Of a stretch of DNA of 64,000 nucleotides, positions 54,434 through 64,000 are shown piece after piece. The position numbers were made by a program, and so were the translations under genes. The notes under the pieces are model-generated. The model made no database searches. It had not been told where the DNA came from and saw nothing but the letters and a program-made list of their open reading frames with translations. Each line of letters begins with the position of its first letter. Position 1 is the stretch's first letter. The stretch is taken from positions 2,952,152-3,016,151 of the forward strand of contig NW_002060944.1 of assembly GCF_000150275.1 (NCBI RefSeq). Direction: 5' to 3'. This DNA is from Trichoplax adhaerens. Lineage: Eukaryota; Animalia; Placozoa.

Positions 54434-56264
54434 ATGGAATATCGATCAAGTATCAAGAGATTAGTTGTACTTTTCTGCTTTGTATGTTTGATTGCATACG
54501 GAAATGGCGACAACGAGCATGAAAAGATTAAGGTTAAAACCCACCACGATGAACCGGAAGAGAAGCATTACTTAAAAGATGGACAACATAATCCTGATTA
54601 TGATGCAGAAATGTTTCTTGGTCGTGATCGTGCTACATTATTTAAAGAATTACCAGAAAAAGAAGTTCAAGAACGATTGCGATCGCTCTTGCATCAAGTA
54701 GATACCGATCACGATAAAATTATTAGTGAAAGAGAAATGGAACAATGGTTAAGAAAGATTGATAATGATCGATTGGCGAATGATGCCAAAGTAGTCTTTG
54801 AAGAGATGGATGATGATAAGAGTAAATCGATCGATTTTAAAGAAATATCCAAGCATACTTTTGGTGATACCGTCGATGAAGATATTGCTAAAAGTGAAGA
54901 ATTCAGTAAATATGTTGATAGGGAAAGGAGAAAATTTGCCTTAGCTGACATTGATAATAGTGAAAGTCTATCCTTTGATGAATTTGTTACATACCAACAT
55001 CCTGAACGACATCAGCATTTATCAGACGTTAGTACGGATAAAAATAATCATTCCAATCTTAATGTAGGCTAACAATTTGCTAAAGATGCAAGAACTTGTC
55101 TTAGTAGGAGTGTCGTAATGATGAATTATTTTTCACTCCTATTTGTCACGTTGTACTCAATTGGTTTAAAATGCCTCTTGAAAAGACAATAGATATGTAC
55201 TACTGTAAATAGTAGCATTGCGTACAATACATACACTATAGTACAGCGAATGATAGTATATTAGTAGAATTTAAAATTATAACTATGCCAAAGCATGGAT
55301 ATAGACATTGCCATGGATTGTAAAAATGAGAAAAGTCTCTGTTGAATGGTCACAGATCTACAGTAGCTAATTACGGATGACAAGTAACGCCATCCTAGAA
55401 CGAAAAGTCTCTGTTGAATGGTCACACATCTACAGTAGCTAATTACGGGATAACAAGTAACGCCATCCTAGAACAGTACATCCTGAGTAGAAATGAAACG
55501 TTTTGAGGACGATACACAAATTTTATACCTACTGTATTTGTTATATCTGAATTAGTTTTCTATTGCTAAAATTGCTCTCTCAATTGAACACAGGTGGTTG
55601 TCACCGATGTTCTTAACGAGATAGATAAAAACAATGACGGCTATGTGGAATTCTCCGAAATGATTGGTAAGCACTATATTACTTTCGGAATGAAAATAAA
55701 TATTAGTATTGAAACTATTAAAATCAATAGGTGTATAATATTGGATGTTTTTGTATATAGATATAGATATACCGTACAATATATTAAACACTAGAAATGT
55801 CTTACGCTGTACTATAGATATTTTGCCAATATCGTATCATAATGCTGTTGATGCAGCATTCAATTTTCCTTTGTAAATCAAGAAGTCTACTGCAGTAGTA
55901 TTATGTAAAGTTCTTAACTCAGAGTTGTTTCCTTGATAGTCATGATTACTATTATAATTATTCTATATCAGGTGATAGTGGCAATTCTGATGGTAAAGAG
56001 GATGACTGGATTAAGAATGAGAAAAAAGAGTTTGCTAAATATGATAAAGATGGTGATCAAAAATTGAGTACATCTGAATTAAAGGAATGGGTGATACCAG
56101 ATAGGAAATATATTGATGAAGAAGTTCAGCATCTATTAGAAGGAGCTGACACTGATCATGATGGTAGACTGACTATACGGGAAGCTTTAGCTCATCAAAA
56201 CCTTTTAGCTGGTAGTAAATTAACTGATTATGGCAACTTGAATATTCTTCGCGAAGAGCTGTAA
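54434..56264 (+). CDS. CREC-family ER-luminal multi-EF-hand Ca2+-binding protein (reticulocalbin/calumenin-like), 3 coding exons
   Basis: Signal peptide (LVVLFCFVCLIAYGNG), YDAEMFLG, EF-hands DTDHDKIISERE, DDDKSKSIDFKE, DIDNSESLSFDE, DKNNDGYVEFSE, DKDGDQKLSTSE and DTDHDGRLTIRE, then GSKLTDYG and C-terminal REEL. Exons at about 54434-55027, 55594-55666 and 55971-56264. Confidence 0.93.
55330..55474. repeat. Intronic tandem duplication (2 x about 72 bp)
   Basis: GAAAAGTCTCTGTTGAATGGTCACA..CAAGTAACGCCATCCTAGAAC occurs twice. Confidence 0.9.
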
Positions 56265-57033
56265 ATCAGTTCCTCCCGCGTTACAAGCGATATTTTCATA
56301 CTAAGTAAGAAAATGAATAATTGTCGCAATGTCATGTTTTCTAGTATTTTCTTATTGTCCTTTTATCATATGTATATTATGGTAGAATAATAATTTTCGG
56401 TATGACAGATCTGACTTGTGATATCAATCATTGCAGGTGTAGATGTTATTTCTTGCGCTCTATTAAATCGCCCTGCAATAAACATTATCTACTATATAAT
56501 ACGTATGTTTCAAACTTAAGTTAACGTTTTCACTGGTACGTAGAGTCGCAGATATCAACTGCATTAATTAGGGATCATCGAGCGAGAGTGGCTTACTATC
56601 GTGCCATTTAGAGTAATTTCTTATCTATTTTTGATATCATTTATTAACTGCAATTTTTTGCCGATATTTTCAAACGCTTAAACTATTTTCAAATTTGATT
56701 AATTCATTAATCAATCAATATTAAAAGATTCGGCTATTTTAGGATCCGTTAGATCGTTATTTAAATTGAATTGACAAAAATAAAGTATGTCATTAACGTA
56801 ATGTAACGTTTATTTGTCTTTTCAGTAGTTTCGAGTTGGTTTAAAATATTACAAGTATAAAGGTACACAAAAAATAGAAAAGGCGTCTAGTGATGTACTA
56901 CGCAATTGCATAACGTTGAGTGCGTACGGCTGCAAAGTATAGCATTGATATTTTTCCAAGATAATGAAAACACTTCCATGAATAATTCTTACGTAGACAG
57001 CATTGTCAGGTCTATTTAACTGAACGAAAAATG

Positions 57034-57300
57034 CCGTCAGTTGTTTGGTTGGCGTTACAATAATAAATGAAATGTGATCATTCTGTCATATAAAATAGAG
57101 CAATGAAAGTGACTTAGATGTTAATTAAAGTCTTCATTAATCTATGACAATTCTGCATTACAAAATACCGTCAGTTGTTTGGTTGGCGTTACAGTAATAA
57201 ATGAAATGTGATCATTCTGCCATATAAAATAGAGCAATGAAAGTGACTTAGATGTTAATTAAAGTCTTCGTTAATCTATGACAATTCTGTATTACAAAAT
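57034..57300. repeat. Tandem duplication (2 x 134 bp) between the convergent CREC and FPGS 3' ends
   Basis: CCGTCAGTTGTTTGGTTGGCGTTACA..CTATGACAATTCTG at 57034 and 57168. Confidence 0.92.
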
Positions 57301-57522
57301 GAAAAAAGATAAAAAAATGTACTCGTAGATCTATAATACAATGCGATTCGTAATTAAGTGACAGTAATAATAGAAACATGATACCGCAGAACAGTGCATT
57401 TTCGCCTACTACATCGTATTTGTATTGGTGGGTATGCACGTAACAACCCTAGTCTAAGACAGCATTTGCTAAATGGTGTAATTAAAGACATGTGCTACAT
57501 TGTATCCATCATAATTTTACTG

Positions 57523-60500
57523 TTAGAACTGTGTAGTCTGTAATACTTGTAAAACATCACCAACTAAATGTAGGCTACCTGTAACCAAAATCTGCAGATG
57601 AATATATTTTTTTTCCTTCTCGATAGTCTTATCATTCATATAGTTAAGAGATTTAGCTTTATGAATAGCTTTAATAACAGATATAGCTTCATTAACTGAT
57701 CCACAAATACGACTGTTTGTTGGATTAGACAATCCATTTAACTCCATCCAAGCAGATAAGTTTTCATTGCATCGCTGCATTGCTGCATTAGTAGTTTCGT
57801 TACGATTAACTGTATCTAATAAGTATATTATACATTCGCATTAAAATGCTATCGGTACAATTAGAAATTTATGCGATTCACAATTACAGCTACAATCATG
57901 TACCTGGCGACGAATGGTTTTCTTTCAAAATATTGGGTGAAAATATCGCATAATCGATATTTGTGTTCTAGAACATCAATTTTTAATGATTTAATGAAAA
58001 CTACTTCCAGGATAGGATAATAGGCGAAATTAAAATAGATAGGTTGCCTAAACATTAAAAACACTTACGATGATTGGTTTTAACAAAGTTTTGCTATCGC
58101 GATTGCCACTCAAATTAAAGATTAATATACGGGCCACAGAACCTCTATAATATTAAAAGAACAGCGTTAGCAATCTAAAATGTTATTACTTACTTAAGCA
58201 ATCAAAATGAAGTTATAACAGTATCGTAATACCGAATATTCGTGGCTTCAATAGTGGATTTGTTGTGAAACCACTCAACTGCAGTCTATTTTACAATTAA
58301 AGAAGAACAAATCAGTGAAAAATTAATCATGATTTATAAAACTACTGCTACTAAACATTTCCAATAGAAAGCGATAAAATTCAAGCTTTGAATAATAGAA
58401 TTACTACAAAACTAATCATGATTTATAAAAACTACTGCTACTAAACATTTCCAATAGAAAGCGATAAAATTCAAGCTTTGAATAATAGAATTACTATAAA
58501 ACTAATCATGATTTATAAAAACTACTGCTAATAAATATTTCCAATAGAAGGCGATAAAATTCAAACTTTGAATAATAGAATTACTACAAAACTAACCCTA
58601 TTATCAAATAAATGTAATTATAACTCTGCTATATATATTCATCTATTACAGGTAAACCCTTGCCTGGATGCTATTTCGTGTATGAGCACCATCAAAATAG
58701 AATGTAGCACCGTCGTATTTCATCATTTGATATCTACCATTCCAAACGCAACTTTGTAATCCTACCGGTAGTAAAAATTTTAATTTCCAATAACGCTGAA
58801 CGTTTTCTAAAGAGATTTTACTGACCTGCTTTAAAATTTTCACTTAGTGGAAATGTACTTGCAGTTGGTAATCCTTTGCCGGTTTGCAATTGCTGATCAC
58901 CTAATATCGAGATAATGACAACCTAAATTTAGTATACTTGACTAGCTACATACATGCATACATAACACTACATTAACCTACAAGCACGTAGATTAAGTTG
59001 AAATAAGATATAAATAGATTAGGATTAATATCTCACCATTATGAGTCTTCGATTGTTTAGCATTTTTTTCTAGCCACGTATTTGCTAGTTGTATCGCTAA
59101 TGATGCATTCCACTTTTGTACTTCACCGTCAATTCCAAGTTCTGTAGTACATGTGATCATATGATAGATATTGTTAAGATTCAATTGACATAAATTAATA
59201 CTTGATTCAATCTTCTATAAATCATACTTACTTGGCTCTGTACCCGGGTAGCTAGATAAAGGTGGCACGATTTGCAGTGCTGCCTAAAAGTTGTGTGAAG
59301 AATAGAGGCCGATATTATTTTCATTTTATTACCTCATACATACCGATTGGCTATACAGAAATAAATATATAGTATAAGCGTTAAAAGACAACCATAGAAA
59401 ATGAAATCTGTAATTGATTTCTTTCTATGCAATGTATTTACCTTTACTTCGTTCGATTGCTCTTGTAATACAGTAATTGCTGAATCCACCTGAGGAGCAG
59501 TAAAAGCAGATGTACCCGGCTATCGAATTAAAAGTTAAAATTTATAAACATTTCATGACATGCCGCGCTAGTTATGCACCTGAATACGTACTTATTTCAG
59601 GGTTAAATGGTTATTTCATATTTGATAGGATATATATTCGTACATATGATTCAAATTTACATCAGGTTCACCGGCAATAGTCAATTTTATACGTTTACCT
59701 TCATTATTCCAGCTTTATGCCAAGCAATTTCTTCAATAGTTTTCCCTAATATAGCAGTATGATCTAATCCGAGCGATGATATACCACATGCTACTGGATT
59801 TCTGCCATGGAGATAATTCATAGAGTTGATAAAGTAAAGAATTAAATCTGCACGTGCTTCGATTTTAATAAAATTATCACAATTGCATATAATACAATTT
59901 TTGTATACCTTATCGCATTAGTACAGTCATATGTACCACCAATACCCACTTCAATGATGGAGACATCAACCTTTATTTATTTATAACCATTTAAAATGAA
60001 AAGTTCATATTTCCCATTCATACGATTTCATGCATTAACTATGCTAGCTTATGCTTACCTTTTCACAGAAAAAGATATAAAATGCTAGTACAGTTAAGAA
60101 TTTGAAATAACTTGGCATATAGTTATCATCTGCCTCCTAGTTGAAACATCATTCAGACGAATCTTATTAGATTGATTTCGGATATATATGTTTACATGTT
60201 GGCGCTCTATTATCAGCTTACTTTTGATTTTTCAAGCCGATCGTAAACAGTCCAGAAGTAGGAAGTGAAGACCTCTTTCGAAAGAGGTACTCCATTTATC
60301 CTAATCCGCTCGCGCACTTCGATTAGGTGTGGTGAGCTATAAAATGATAACTATCGTTAAGCTACGATTTCATTAGAAAACAATACATAAATTATTCATC
60401 TGATTTTAATAGTTCACCTGTAGAATCCGGTTTTGTATCCATGAGCACGAAGTATACTTTCAGTAAAAGCACAAGTTGAACCCTGATAAAAATTTACCGC

Positions 60501-60838
60501 ATTGACTTAATTCAGGTAACTCATGCTTTACTTTTTCACAAGATAAAAAAAGACATACCTTTCCTTTGGTGCCACTAACATGAATTATAGACAACGAATC
60601 TAAATCGTCCACCTACAGAAATATGGTGTATTGATTAAGTGTTAAAATCATTGGTTCACTACATATTCTGATCAACGTATGGGATTGATTGTTATATCAT
60701 TAAACATACCGATAGACCAATTCGGTTTAAACAAGTTATTGTTCGATGAACGTTAACCTCCTTTTCGCTACCACTATTAGAGATGATCTTCAAAGTCATA
60801 GCATTACTTTGGAGATTGTTAAGGGCATCGACGGTAGA
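57523..60838 (-). CDS. FPGS: Folylpolyglutamate synthase; first exon(s) upstream of 60838 not resolved
   Basis: [26 protein letters not shown] (P-loop), [72 protein letters not shown] and [11 protein letters not shown]. Confidence 0.94.
58325..58595. repeat. Intronic tandem repeat, 3 x about 90 bp, in FPGS
   Basis: AATCATGATTTATAAAAACTACTGCTA..GAATAATAGAATTACTA at 58325, 58414 and 58504. Confidence 0.93.
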
Positions 60839-61215
60839 CTATGAAATACAATTACAACGTGAATATGTCAAGTTAGTATGCATCATAACGTTCTTTACGT
60901 CATTATCCAAAGATTGAGGGTTTAAAAAACTATAGGAGGAATATCATATCTTCTAATAAATCTATAACTTGTTTAATATTAAAGACAAAACTGAAGTACT
61001 GTACATTCAGATTGCATTCGATATCATTTACTCAACCTATCATTCAATACTCTATGACACATGCTAATGCTTGCTTGGCGACTTGTCTATGGAGAGGTTG
61101 CTTACTGACTAACTGTACAGTACGTATTTGGTCCAGGTTTTAGTTTGTGGTTTGTAATTCCCATCCACTATAATGCTACTTTAGATTATGAGCTAAGAAG
61201 TGTATTCGATGTGTT

Positions 61216-61750
61216 TGGAAATCAACTCCTGTACAGTGTTGCATGCTGAAACTCATTAGAGCAGAATGTATCCAAGAAATTGACACGTCGAAGTTAGAAA
61301 AAATTGAGCTGATCGCTTTAACTGTGCGACATAAGTTAACCCTATGATCATCTGGAAATCCACTACGGTACAGTATTGCATGCCGAAACTCATTAGAGCC
61401 GAATGCATCCATGAAATTGACATGTCGAAGTTGGAAAAAATTGAGCTGATCGCTTTAACTGTGCGACATAAGTTAACGTATGATCATCTGGAAATCCACT
61501 ACGGTACAAGTATTGCATGCCGAAACTCATTAGAGCCGAATGCATCCATGAAATTGACATGTCGAAGTTAGAAAAAATTGAGCTGATTACTTCAACTGTG
61601 CGACGTAAGTTACCCTCTGATCATCTGGAAATCCACTACGGTACAATATTGCATGGTGAAATTCATTGGAGCAGAATGCATCCATGAAATTGAGAGGTCG
61701 AAGTTAGAAAAAATTGAGCTGGTCGTTTATACTGTATGAAGTAAGTAAGT
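61216..61750. repeat. Tandem repeat, about 3.8 x 137 bp
   Basis: ACTCATTAGAGC..GTCGAAGTT(A/G)GAAAAAATTGAGCTG..GATCATCTGGAAATCCACTACGGTACA units start at 61251, 61388, 61525 and 61661. Confidence 0.93.
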
Positions 61751-62736
61751 TAAACTCTGATAGATCAATGTACGTTATATCGTAAGTCGATGTGATTTCA
61801 GCTTCGATCTATACAAGCTTTGCATGTCTGCATTATACGTACAGTTACTGCACACAGTGATGACTATGGCGATGACTTTTGAGTTCTGCAGGAGTACATT
61901 ACGTTCTGCTACTTCTCACTGAACAACCATCAAATCTGGCATACCGTTGAAAGAAAATGAATGTGCACCGAAGTAGTAAAGAACTGGCCCGTGGCCGTAG
62001 CACATTGTTAGCAGATTGATGGCAGTTTAAGTCATCGGGAATATTAAATATTGCAATAACAGTTTTATGACAACAAGAGTCGAATATCATTTCCATTCTA
62101 GTCAATGAGCTTGAATTTCATCAATGACAGCATCCATTTCATCAGGCAATATCACTGCTCAACATACAGTATACTGTATAACTGTAATGACTTGCAGTAT
62201 TTCTACGCCACTACTAGATCAAATGACCTTTGCGATCATTCTAATTAGCTATCTACATCGTATCTATTACATAATGATCTTGTTTTATCGCTAAGTTTAC
62301 CTTATAGTCTACCATCGTTGTAGCAATTGCCCTTGCTACAGTCCGATTGAACACAATCCTACAGCAAGAGACAACTTTTAGAATCATTAAATCCTGTCAA
62401 TGTCAATAATAAGTTGTAAATATCCTTTCGACGTCTCTTTCACACCAGTTGCAATCGATGGATCTTGCTGTTAATGTAGAGAGATACAGTTAGTTCAACA
62501 GTTATAAGTGAGAATACAACGCTGGCACTGCAACCTCAAGCAGATCGATAGACCAACCAGTACGAAGATTCCCTGGTGATGATAGGATGTTTACAGTCTG
62601 TGCATGTGCAGTATTCACAAGTGCAAAAGCACTAACTGGTTCTAGACTTCTAAATGGCGAATTGTAGGTGTGGTTATCATGTTATTACAGTACCAGGGAC
62701 CACTGGCAACAAAGCAAAAAATTCCCCCCCCCCCCC

Positions 62737-63110
62737 TTTTCCGTAGCAATTTCCCTACCTAATTAAAACCTTTTCCTTTCTGACAGTACTGCACTTATTG
62801 GAGGAAAAGGTTTTCCGTAGCAATTTCCCTAGCTAACTAAAGCCTTTTCCTTTCTGACAGTACTGCACTTATTGGAGGAAAAGGTTTTCCGTAGCAATTT
62901 CCCTAGCTAACTAAAGCCTTTTCCTTTCTGACAGTACTGCACTTATTGGGGAAAAGGTTCTCCGTAGCAATTTCCCTACCTAATTAAACCCTTTTCCTTT
63001 CTGACAGTACTGCACTTATTGGGAGAAAAGGTTTTCCGTAGCAATTTCCCTAGCTAACTAAAGCCTTTTCCTTTCTGACAGTACTGCACTTATTGGAGGA
63101 AAAGGTTTTC
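62737..63110. repeat. Tandem repeat, 5 x about 74 bp, each unit with an internal inverted repeat, preceded by a C13 run
   Basis: CCGTAGCAATTTCCCTA at 62741, 62815, 62889, 62962 and 63036. Confidence 0.95.
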
Positions 63111-64000
63111 TCCTCTTTATTCGAGGTCAAAATTTTTTGGACGTTTACTGTCGATGTACCTGTACACAATCTGGTTGGCTTGGTACTACACTGCGTGGTT
63201 ACAGTATGCTTTCCAATAGCGCAAAGTATTATTTTACAAGTTGCTAAAATGGAATAATAATTTTAGGCAAAATTGTAATCCATATGCTCACATGATTATG
63301 CAATATACGATATAGACTCAAAAGCATGTATATATATTGTCATGTACATTATACAGTAGAGTTCACCTTGTTGAAAGCTTTGTGCGCCTTCATGCAGTAC
63401 TTACAATACTGTATAGAATCATAATCATAATAATTACCATGACAAGATTGGAGAACAGTAGATGAATTAATTCTACACAACGGAACTAAAAATAAGGAGG
63501 GTCCTTTGTTAATTGTTACTCAAAAAAATGCTGATTTTGTGCTGTTGTGAATGAGTCCAGGCAGTGCAACCTATACTTCTCGCGCCGCATTAAAATGCCC
63601 ACTAGAATCTACAGTGTAATCAAGATTTGTAGGGTGAATGAATGAATGTAAGGGGAATTGAATGTGGTGTTCAAGATCGTTTAAACAGGTGCAAGCACAA
63701 GTACGCCAAGAGCCAGTATGATATACTCGTACAGTAAATGGTTTTCACCTCACGACGCCTCGTAAATGTGCAGATGGAATCTAGTATTCAAGTAGTGCCT
63801 CACAACGAGAATAGGATGCATCCAACGCTATTTCGTTGGTTGCATTCTCGTCAATAACGATAGGCTTGAATTTACTTCATTAATAACTGGTTGCATTGCT
63901 ACATGTAAACCTGCAAAATACGAAATGTTTACCAATGTACACTGTACAGGTACAACTCTACTCTACAGAAAGCTACCGTTGTGCAGATACCCATATAAGC

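Noticed and set aside
62420-62428. ATATCCTTT resembling a U12 AT-AC donor
   Set aside because: No + strand gene or U12 branch site (TCCTTAAC) nearby. The introns I traced in the ten genes were GT-AG or GC-AG.
62737-63110. CRISPR-like array of palindromic repeats
   Set aside because: The spacers are identical rather than unique, the context is eukaryotic, and there are no cas genes.

Overview
AT-rich, intron-dense eukaryotic (animal) genomic DNA with short GT-AG introns. The gene set and style suggest an early-branching metazoan such as a placozoan; this is inference, not verified. Ten spliced protein-coding genes can be reconstructed by eye: three paralogous GMC (glucose-methanol-choline) oxidoreductases, interleaved with WDR83/MORG1 and a calpain lacking its C-terminal domain; a LAP1/LULL1 (TOR1AIP)-like torsin cofactor divergent from a USP20/33 deubiquitinase; HSD17B7 divergent from a reticulocalbin/calumenin gene; and FPGS. 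Notable non-coding structure includes: (i) orientation-flipping TACAG/CTGTA arrays with ATGGAC and TTAA-rich motifs at gene 5' ends, including one array with no recognisable gene; (ii) a perfect G-quadruplex motif about 30 bp downstream of a TATA box; (iii) a 74-bp tandem array whose units each form a hairpin; (iv) two probable GC-AG introns; (v) several tandem repeats and one assembly gap. Exon boundaries were read manually and may be off by a few bases.
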